Virus record (IMG/VR): IMGVR_UViG_3300028844_006278
From: a virus
Direction: 5' to 3' (one strand)
DNA length: 64,000 nt
Under the pieces are notes generated by a model, which was not told where the DNA came from, ran no database searches, and saw only the letters and a program-made list of their open reading frames with translations. Below, piece after piece: positions 47,269 to 55,700 of the stretch. Numbering within the stretch: the first letter of the stretch is position 1; the number at the start of each line of letters is the position of its first letter. Both the position numbers and the translations under genes were made by a program.

Positions 47269-49539
47269 TTACAACCTAACCGGGTCTAGCACTTTAGGAA
47301 CATATGATGTGCCCTCGTGCTTGCTACTGGATCCTAACTGGGCTGCCTCTAGGAATGACTTTTTAAGGCCAAACCCGGATAATCGTACTTTCCAGTCGGG
47401 ATCGCTTCCGAGGACACCCATCGCTCTAACCACGTGCGGCTCGAATCCGGGCCCCTCTTTATGAGTAACAATAGTCTCTACCCCGTTATCTTCCAAATCT
47501 TTCGCAATCTTCGACGTTACTTTAGTACCTATAGAGTAATGCATGGTAGGCTTCTCCAGGTACGTACCTACCGCCCGCTTTGGGCGCAAAGGGTTAGAAT
47601 CCTTACGTGGAATGTACTCACTAGCTAGCTGAGTATATGGAACAATGTCGGATATAGCATATCCCATAACGCCTTCCGGTCGTGTGATTTTAACTTTATC
47701 GAAGAATGCTCTGGACAATACCTCTACATTACGTCTATGCGAGGATACTCCGTTTTTTGTAAGGATCTCGTAGAACTTGTCTTGGAAGTACCGGCGGCCT
47801 TCCCCTAGCCCTTTCGCCTGCGCGATCTCTGCAGGGTTAGGAGTGCCGTCTGTGAGCACATCTCCAGAAGTCACCTCATCTCCCACCTTTACGGTAATAT
47901 TCCGTGTACCTGGAGAGTATTCTGGCTCTCCGTCTATATACACGTACTTGCCTCCTTGAGGGGCGTCTACGATGCGTGTGACCTTGCCGTCTCGTTTAGA
48001 CAGCACTGCGCCTCCCTTGAAAGTCTTAGGAACCTGGACGAATTGGTTTACCTCGTCGAACCCTGACACGTTGGACGTGTTCTCCCCTACCACTCCGCCT
48101 AAGTGCTTGGCGGATAGCGCGAGCTGCTGGGTCATTGGCTCTGATAATACTCGAGCAGACTCGATACCTATGTATGCTCCCATAGGCGGGAACTTATTCT
48201 GATCTCGTTTTCCGGAACACATCTGACATACGCCTTCCGGCATCTGGCAGGTTAGTAGTGACCGGATCATTACTCGCTTGCCTCTCAGGGTAGCGAGATC
48301 TTTACGGGATACGGCAGTATTTCTGGAGATGCCTTCAGTGTCCCGAGAGATGACTGATCCTAGTATCTCGGGGTCATCTCCATCTACCATAAGACCTACC
48401 CCATCTGCCCCGCAGTCCTTCCCGGTAACTCGAATGTGCTGCGACATAGCTGCGAGCTGTTTACCTAGAAATCCTGTCTTGGCCGTTGCGAACTGTACGT
48501 CTGAGTTGCTGACGATAAGGCCGTTCGCTAGTACGAACATATGATCGGGGTGATCTACTTCCAGGTCGTACGTAGGAGTTAGACCGAGGGGCTCCGGATC
48601 ACTCTGCTTCTTTAAGAATCCTGCTTTGGTCCACTCGTCCTTATCTAAGACAAGGGTCTTGTCGCTAACTCTACAGCGAGTCGCCTCTCCGATTGGATTC
48701 ATATCTCCGCCTCGGGTCGCCAGTATCTTGTGATCCGGGGTAGCCTCTATGTATATGGAGGCTCCGCTACCGAAGTGGTATCTGTAGACGACTCTTACGC
48801 CGTTGTAGTGCCTGTCGATAACCTGTACTGGGAATGTATCTCCGGCAGGGCCGGATCCGAGCACCCATTCGCCGGGCCCTATGTCCTCTATACGCTTAAC
48901 AGACGTGTCCGCCATCCGCACCAGAGTGTTGGGAGACAAGCAGTATCCTTTTCGCGACGCGTACGACCCTGCCCAGAACTCCGGACCAGTCACTCCTTCT
49001 CCGTATCCGTGCATTCCAGGGATAGGTACAGGGCGATCTCTGTGGTCTGCTACTAACATGTCGCCGAACAGGAGCTGCGTGAGCTGGGTCGGTGATCCGC
49101 GTAGTCCTTGCTTCACCATCTCCCCGTATGCGTTTGGACGAGTCTCCAGTTCGGCTAGTAGCGTCTTCTGGATAGTCGGCATAGCCTTCTGCATAGTCGA
49201 CATGATCTGCTCGTCCTTCTGCGCTGAAGTCAAGGCGTTGCTCTGAGAGATGGCCCGTATCTTCTCTTGCAGCTGCTTACGATATGCCTTTGTCTTCGGT
49301 GGCAGCCTAAGGTCTGTAAGCCGCAACGAGGATGTTCCTCCGTACTCAGTCGCAACTACCCGGGAGATATCGGAGAGTCTTTTCAGCACCGTCACGTAAT
49401 CGTCCGGGTGCTTCTCTGCTAACTCTTGGAAGAACGCCGACGAAGTCTTCTTGTTTAAGACTCGTCCGGGCTCTCGCATAGACTCGGGGATCGCCTGGTC
49501 TATGAGTATCCTCCCTAGCGTTGTACGGGCAGCGGGCAT
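47269..49539 (-). CDS. rpoC: RNA polymerase beta' subunit, C-terminal half (mini-intein-containing)
   Basis: Start refined to ATG 49539. TTLGR, GLRGS..QL, bridge helix SRKGY|SDVQFATAKTGFLGKQL, Zn site DCG...TCQMPEGVCQMCSG, trigger loop SEPMTQQLALSAKHLGG. Confidence 0.93.
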   Translation of the reverse strand: MPAARTTLGRILIDQAIPESMREPGRVLNKKTSSAFFQELAEKHPDDYVTVLKRLSDISRVVATEYGGTSSLRLTDLRLPPKTKAYRKQLQEKIRAISQSNALTSAQKDEQIMSTMQKAMPTIQKTLLAELETRPNAYGEMVKQGLRGSPTQLTQLLFGDMLVADHRDRPVPIPGMHGYGEGVTGPEFWAGSYASRKGYCLSPNTLVRMADTSVKRIEDIGPGEWVLGSGPAGDTFPVQVIDRHYNGVRVVYRYHFGSGASIYIEATPDHKILATRGGDMNPIGEATRCRVSDKTLVLDKDEWTKAGFLKKQSDPEPLGLTPTYDLEVDHPDHMFVLANGLIVSNSDVQFATAKTGFLGKQLAAMSQHIRVTGKDCGADGVGLMVDGDDPEILGSVISRDTEGISRNTAVSRKDLATLRGKRVMIRSLLTCQMPEGVCQMCSGKRDQNKFPPMGAYIGIESARVLSEPMTQQLALSAKHLGGVVGENTSNVSGFDEVNQFVQVPKTFKGGAVLSKRDGKVTRIVDAPQGGKYVYIDGEPEYSPGTRNITVKVGDEVTSGDVLTDGTPNPAEIAQAKGLGEGRRYFQDKFYEILTKNGVSSHRRNVEVLSRAFFDKVKITRPEGVMGYAISDIVPYTQLASEYIPRKDSNPLRPKRAVGTYLEKPTMHYSIGTKVTSKIAKDLEDNGVETIVTHKEGPGFEPHVVRAMGVLGSDPDWKVRLSGFGLKKSFLEAAQLGSSSKHEGTSYVPKVLDPVRL
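48505..48942 (-). mobile_element. Mini-intein (146 aa, no endonuclease)
   Basis: CLSPNTLV...IEDI; IEATPDHKI; TYDLEV...FVLANGLIVSN, +1 Ser. Confidence 0.92.
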
Positions 49540-49543
49540 AGAG

Positions 49544-50101
49544 TTATCTAAACTTATTATCGATGATGTTACCAAACACGGTGCCGAGGAACGGCACTGC
49601 CTGCCCTACCTCTATCCCCCTATCCTTCCAAGTCCTACCGTCTATCTTACCTGTAAGATGTTTTGCTATAGACATGAGCTTGGCCTTTCTAGTAGGGTCC
49701 TTTTCAGACGTGGCGGCTTCGGTAAGCACTTGGCGGCGAGCGATCAGCGCATTTCGGTGCTTTAGATTAGGTGCCCGAGTCCTTGCTTTTTTAGCATTGC
49801 CCTCGATATCTCCCTGTAGGATTCCTCTCTGGGAGTTGATAAAATCTATCTCTTCCTTAGAGATATCTGACGTGGGGTTGCCTAGAACGTAGTCTTTATA
49901 TTGACCTAAGCTGGATATACCCTTCCGTCTTCCCTGCATGAGCTCCCCTGCTGCAAGACCAACGCCTGCTCCGACGCCACCTCCAATCAGATACTTGTTG
50001 AAGGTCCTATCGGACTCGGGCACGAGCTTGCGGGTTAGCGCGACTCCGATGACAGCGCCGAGCGGGGTCGTAACTAGTGATGGGTTGATTGGATCCTTCA
50101 T
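49544..50101 (-). CDS. Gly-zipper membrane protein
   Basis: PLGAVIGVAL; LIGGGVGAGVGLAAG. Confidence 0.7.
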   Translation of the reverse strand: MKDPINPSLVTTPLGAVIGVALTRKLVPESDRTFNKYLIGGGVGAGVGLAAGELMQGRRKGISSLGQYKDYVLGNPTSDISKEEIDFINSQRGILQGDIEGNAKKARTRAPNLKHRNALIARRQVLTEAATSEKDPTRKAKLMSIAKHLTGKIDGRTWKDRGIEVGQAVPFLGTVFGNIIDNKFR

Positions 50102-50106
50102 CTGGA

Positions 50107-50907
50107 CTACTCCGCGTACTGGCCGAGGGCCCGCAGTACTTGAATAAGGGCGTTATCTTGGTCGGCGGCCTCTAGCTGCTGCGGCATCTCCGTGGGGACC
50201 GGCATGGGCGGCAGTTCTGCCATAGGGGGAAGGGCCTCTGGCATGGGCATCTCGCCTGCGGGCGGAAGTGCGCTTAGGGAGTCCGGTGTCAGATTAGCGA
50301 CGCTTGGAGGGAGCGCAGCCTCCCCTCCCTCTGGAACTGTCTCCGGAACAGAGACGCCCATGGTATTAGCCATCTGGACAAGCAGAGACTCTAGCTCATC
50401 GATGCGGGACTCCAGCTCCTTATTGGTGACTCTGGAAGATTCCTCCTCCTTTGCAGGGGGCTGGGAGGCAGCGGCGGCCTCGATCAGCATCTGCAGATCC
50501 TGTGCCGACAGGGTAACAGGCTGTGCTTCCATGCCTGCCATCCCGGGATCTCCTGGACCGGCAGCTGGCATACCCATCATACTAGGGTCCATCGGAGGCA
50601 TCGGCGGTGCGCCGCCCATCATACTAGGATCCATCATGCTAGGGTCCATCGGAGGCATCGGCGGTGCGCCGCCCATCATGCTAGGGTCCATCGGAGGCAT
50701 CGGCGGTGCGCCGCCCATCATACTAGGATCCATCATGCTAGGATCCATCGGAGGCATCGGCGGTGCGCCGCCAGCTAGTGCGGGATCCTCTGCAGGTGGC
50801 AGGGCACCCATCTGTCCCGGTACTGCTGCTGCTGGCGCGGGAGCTGGGGGGGCGTATGCCTCCTTGGTTAGGTGCATTACTTTATTTAGTAGGTCTTTAT
50901 TCAACAT
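50107..50907 (-). CDS. Pro/Met-rich low-complexity protein with short coiled coil
   Basis: TKEAY then (GGAPPMPPMDPSMM) repeats; ELESRIDELESLL. Confidence 0.75.
   Translation of the reverse strand: MLNKDLLNKVMHLTKEAYAPPAPAPAAAVPGQMGALPPAEDPALAGGAPPMPPMDPSMMDPSMMGGAPPMPPMDPSMMGGAPPMPPMDPSMMDPSMMGGAPPMPPMDPSMMGMPAAGPGDPGMAGMEAQPVTLSAQDLQMLIEAAAASQPPAKEEESSRVTNKELESRIDELESLLVQMANTMGVSVPETVPEGGEAALPPSVANLTPDSLSALPPAGEMPMPEALPPMAELPPMPVPTEMPQQLEAADQDNALIQVLRALGQYAE
50573..50772. repeat. Coding tandem repeat: four 42-nt units plus two extra 15-nt units
   Basis: ccatcggaggcatcggcggtgcgccgcc x4 and catcat(a/g)ctagg(g/a)tc x6. Confidence 0.9.
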
Positions 50908-50947
50908 CGGGATATCTTATGCCTCTTAGGTGATTCGGATATTGCTA

Positions 50948-51478
50948 TTAATTTGAAGTGTACCCCGATATAAATGCGGAAACATTTATTGTCGGCATTT
51001 GAGAAGCGCACTTCCATTTTCTGCGTGCCTTACATATTCTCTTATCAGGAGTCTTTGAGCAATCTATATTATGCATCTTGCGCTGTCCATCGGATCTAGC
51101 GCAGAAGCTCTTTCTTCTCTTAGACGCCGCGCCCCCCTTTTTAACTTTACCTGTGACAGGCGCTTTTAAGTTACTGCCTGGGTTTTCTCTCTCGTAAGAC
51201 TTACGGCCAGCTTCGTTTAGGCCGCCTTCTCTATTCTGTCCCTTCTTACGAGTCCATGCAGGGCTCTTCTTTTTCTTATCCTTAGCCTCTTTGAATGCTG
51301 TCACGAACCTTACAAATTCGTTATCGCTTGAGGCTTTCTTCGCAAACTCCTCCAACTTATCTTCGGACATGCTGTTGGCGATCTCTTTTACCTTATCTGA
51401 AGCGTCCGGGCTCTCTCCTCGCTTATATGCTAGAGCCGCTCCAAAAAGTTTACGCTGATTTTCAGATTTAGCAGGCAT
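50948..51478 (-). CDS. Basic two-module protein (DUF3008-like + DUF6321-like)
   Basis: Start ATG 51478 (GGAGG SD); MPAKSENQRKLFGAALAYKRGE...SMSEDKLEEFA and AWTRKKG...GGLN..GRKSY...RRKSFCAR...RKWKC. Family names from memory, not searched. Confidence 0.65.
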   Translation of the reverse strand: MPAKSENQRKLFGAALAYKRGESPDASDKVKEIANSMSEDKLEEFAKKASSDNEFVRFVTAFKEAKDKKKKSPAWTRKKGQNREGGLNEAGRKSYERENPGSNLKAPVTGKVKKGGAASKRRKSFCARSDGQRKMHNIDCSKTPDKRICKARRKWKCASQMPTINVSAFISGYTSN

Positions 51479-51479
51479 C

Positions 51480-52712
51480 TTACTTCTCTCCTCCATTGAA
51501 CATATCTCTTGATATCCTTAGCTTAGATCCTGGGTCGTATCCGGGAAAATCTTCTCTCCGGCTGTTTATACCCACTGCATCTGCCAAGGACTGTACGAAT
51601 GTGTTGGAGTTTACTCCTCGGCCTAGAATGTTCTTCCATATGGGTGGGTACATGTAGGGATTCTCCCTTTCGTTATATCTGTAGGCTTCCCCAGCCTTTA
51701 GTACTTTACTTATGATGTCGTCGGTGCTCTTCCCTTGGTTGACAGATCTGCTGATGTGCGTCTCCCAGAACTTAGGTAACTTGGGATTCTCCTGTGTTGA
51801 GAAGTACTCTCGAAAAGCCTTTACATCGTTTCCGTAGTTCCTATGGTACCGGAGCCTGCGTCTGCTGAAGAAACTAGGTTTAACATTGTATGCTCCTACT
51901 ATGATGGCAGGAGTGTCTCCGTACTTATCTACCGCATTGCCGAATCTATTGGGATCTTGTGGAACCAATATGAAGAACTGGTGTCTGCCTATAGGGGCCT
52001 TGCCGACGCCTGTGTCCATAGCGACTCTTCTCGATCCTATGTATATGCCGGGATTAAGGTTCTTGCTGTGTACTAGTTCCTTGCCTTTCTTCTTCGCCGC
52101 AGACTTGAATAGCTTCGTAGGCAGGCGGATGTCGTTCCCTATATCGCCCTTGGGGAAATCCTGCCTGCGCTTATCTATGCCTGCCACGTCGGCTAAGGTC
52201 TGTGCGAAGGTGTTAGAGTTAGGCCGCATTCCGAGGAGATTGGGAGCGAGGGCCGGGTAATACACTGGGCGCTTCGCTGTAGATTTCTCGTACGCCTTGC
52301 CTGCAGTCAGCATCCTACGGATAGTGTCGTCAATATCTTTCTTTGGGATAATGGGCCGGCTCAGTACGGGCTTCCAAAAGGCCTTAGACTTGGGGCTGCC
52401 TGAGTGTGTGTCTGTGTACTCTCGGATGGCTGCTAGATCGTCTGGCTCGTTCTGTCGGTACTTGAGACGGGGCCTGGATAGGACCCTTTCCCCCGGGACC
52501 CGGTATCCTCCGACCAATATTCCGCGATTGCCGTTGCCTAGATCGACGTCCAGTCCTTTGAACTTCTCGGGCTTATTAGGCACCATCACGAAGAATTGGT
52601 GGCGGAAGTAGGAGGGGTTCGCCGGGCTGTTCGCATTGGCTACTCGGCGCGTGCCTAGGTATATGCCTGGAGCAAGCGTTCCGGTTTCTATGAGTTTATC
52701 TTGCTGCTTCAT
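51480..52712 (-). CDS. Protein with two tandem permuted-papain-like (H...NSN) domains
   Basis: PGIY.G.RRVA...RHQFF...Y.P...N.LG...NSNTF.Q.LAD..GI..RR.DFP occurs twice. Confidence 0.7.
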   Translation of the reverse strand: MKQQDKLIETGTLAPGIYLGTRRVANANSPANPSYFRHQFFVMVPNKPEKFKGLDVDLGNGNRGILVGGYRVPGERVLSRPRLKYRQNEPDDLAAIREYTDTHSGSPKSKAFWKPVLSRPIIPKKDIDDTIRRMLTAGKAYEKSTAKRPVYYPALAPNLLGMRPNSNTFAQTLADVAGIDKRRQDFPKGDIGNDIRLPTKLFKSAAKKKGKELVHSKNLNPGIYIGSRRVAMDTGVGKAPIGRHQFFILVPQDPNRFGNAVDKYGDTPAIIVGAYNVKPSFFSRRRLRYHRNYGNDVKAFREYFSTQENPKLPKFWETHISRSVNQGKSTDDIISKVLKAGEAYRYNERENPYMYPPIWKNILGRGVNSNTFVQSLADAVGINSRREDFPGYDPGSKLRISRDMFNGGEK

Positions 52713-52719
52713 ATGTCTA

Positions 52720-55700
52720 CTATTCCAGTATGGTGATGGGGTCGTCTATTGCTATCTTACCTGACCTATACGCCTTTCTTGCATCGGCCACGGTATTGAA
52801 TACAGCGGCTGTCTTATCTGCAGGAGCCTTGGTAGCTAGATATAGCCCCTGCAGATATTCATTGGAAAGCTTATACGATGCCTGTCCTGATCGGGCGGAG
52901 ATTAGATTGCGGTCCGGCATCATGCGGTCGACCACTTGGGATACCGCCTCGTCCGAGACAGGAACGGTGAATGACGCTGTGTCTCCGTCATAGTCCATGG
53001 CGAATGGCCCTACAATGGCCGGAGGCACTTGGACGGTAGATCCTTTTACGAGTACCGGCCAGAATCCCATGACACTGTACTTGTGTAAGGTAGGCGCCCG
53101 ATTTAAGATGACAGGGCGCTTGGTGATAACAGACTGCAACGACTTGTACGCTAGGGGTGAGTGATCTTTGACCGCTGTTGCAGCCTCTGTGGCAGGGACG
53201 CCCTGTCGCACAAGGTCTCGGATAACAAACGGCTCGTATAGATTCCAAGCAAGCTTCTCTGGGATGCCCGCTTGGTTGAGTAGAAGGGACGGATTAGGTG
53301 CGACTACGCCTAGTCCCGACATATCGATATTAGTCCCTAGAACTCGGCGCTGAATGAAGCCTGTCTTCGGACTTCCTTTTCCGAATATGTGCGAAAGGAT
53401 GCCCTTTACGTTCTTCTGTACGAGCTGATCCTTCTTCGGATCGGATACACCGATGAGAGCCTTGTAGCTATCCCATAGATCTCTTCGAGCATCGTTACGC
53501 ATATCTGCCGGTAGTCCCTCTGTCTCGTTATAGTCGGAGATAGACTCCACTAGAGACTTATACAGGTAGTTCGGGTCGGCCACCATCGTCATCCCTCCCT
53601 GTGCTGATATAGGACGGAACCGAGGCGGAAGTACCGGAACTCGGGTCATCATGAAGTCCGATGGCTTCACCTTGTTAGTTTCGAAAGCATGTAGGAATCG
53701 GAACTTTTTTACAGCATCGTCGCGCTTAGATCTGATGCCGTGCTTTATCTCGTGCAGCGCCTTGGCCTTTTCTGCCTTGACGTCGATTCTACCTAGCTTG
53801 TCGGCTAGAGCGTCCTCTCCGGAGGCCACTAAATCCTCCATCTCGGTTCTTTTTAGGCCCAATATACGCCGTATAGGGTCTACCATGATAGGGTTAGGCA
53901 TGGCCGTAGGGAGGTCAATGTATGCCCATCTGTCGCCGTTAGCCGAGCTTCCGGTAGCGTCGGGGTCAAATAGGCCTCCTGGGATGGGCTTAAGACCTTT
54001 TGCTGTATATGTATCACCGGTAGAGATCTTTCTATTTCCGGTAAGGTCTTTTGCCTGTTGGTTGGTCATAGAGAATATGTCGTCGGAGAACGCGCCTTCC
54101 GACAGATGTACTCCGCCTGCTCTGAGGAGGTCCTTAAACTTCTCGTAGACTAGCGGAGTCTTCGGCATGGTAGGGGTCTGTCCCAGCTTCAGCTGACGCC
54201 AGAACATATCGTTCTTCTGCCCCTTGATGAGCTTCATGTCCTTGAGGACCTCTGTCGCCCCGTGTGCTAAAAGAGCCTCTTGGTACATCTTGCCTAGGTG
54301 TTTAGCGCCTGTCTTGCCTCCCTTGGCCGGCTGGTCCTCTGCTGTGTACTTAGCCTGTGATCTGGACTTGCCTTTACCTTCGGACGTATGCTGCATCTTG
54401 TAGAAGTACGTCACTCCGGTAAATATCTGGGGGATCTTCTTCCCGGTTCTCGGATCTACTAGGTCCTCTCTATCGGATAGTCTATTCTTCTGGAGCTCGC
54501 TATGGGTGAACTCTATCATGTCTTCGTCTGAGAATCCCGGTAAGACGTAGGGCTTGCCTGTCTTCTCTGCGATCTTGCCTAGCTGGGCCTCTAGCTTCTG
54601 TGCCGGGTTAGTTCTGCTGACTACTCCCAGGGGAGACAGTATGACGTCCATCTTTCTGCCCTTAGGGTCCGTCGGCATCTCAGAGTCCTTGATCACCTTA
54701 GAGATTACGCCCTTGCCGCCGTGCCGCATGGCCAGTTTATCTCCTACGCCCATGGGTATGTTCGTACGGACATTGATGTAGTACTGCTCTTTGCCTTCGG
54801 TCGCGTCTGTGACTACTCCGGGGTGTCTCTTCTCCCACAGCACTGCCTTGTTGGAGCGCATGCGGCGGCCAAGGGATCCACCGGCATGCGGATCCTGCTC
54901 GGACATCGCCAGAGCAAGCGGATCTCCATATCGTACGACCGATCCGGGCTTTATCATCCCCGTCGTTTCGTCGATCTTAGCGAGCTGCTCTTTATTGAAG
55001 GCGGCGGGGAAATTAGCTCTGAACTTATCCTTAGAGACAGACAGGTCCTTTTCCTTCTTGAACTTAGCATGATACATATGCTCTGACGTGAGCTTCTTAG
55101 CTGCCGTCTCGGATATAACAATGGCATCCTCGAACACCAGTCCGTCATAGTTCCAGTACGCTACGCGGAGATTAGTCCCGAGGGCCGCTACTCCCTTATC
55201 GCTGGTGAAGTTACTGGCTGCGAGCATGTCGCCCTTCTTCACCTTGTCTCCGGCCTTTACTAGGGCCTTGTTGCGGATGTACGTGGATCGGGCATACGGA
55301 AAGTTCTCGTACAGATCCACGGATCCCTCGGATCCGTCCGCATAGGTTAGGTCTACTCTATTCTTGCGGACGGCCTTAACTGTGGCGTCCCTAGAGGCGC
55401 GCACTGCTCCGAGATGGCCGCCTATGCGTCTCTCCATGCTGGTGCCGCTTCCGGGATCGGTAGTTCTTACTAGCGGAGCCTCTCTGCTCACCAGAGGAAG
55501 TGCCTGGGGCCCAAATTTCGAGCCCATTAATAAACGCATTCCCTTATCTCCGGATTTCAGAGGAACCAGGTTAGCCCCATCGCTAAACATATCATCGTTG
55601 TTCGGTACGACGTAATCGATGTCTTCACGCTTTACCCATGCCATGCCCTTATTAGGCACCATCGCAATTACGTAGGGGTCTGTGTTCTTCTGGAATCCCG

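Noticed and set aside
50573-50772. CRISPR-like array
   Set aside because: No unique spacers; unit lengths are multiples of 3 within a coding region.
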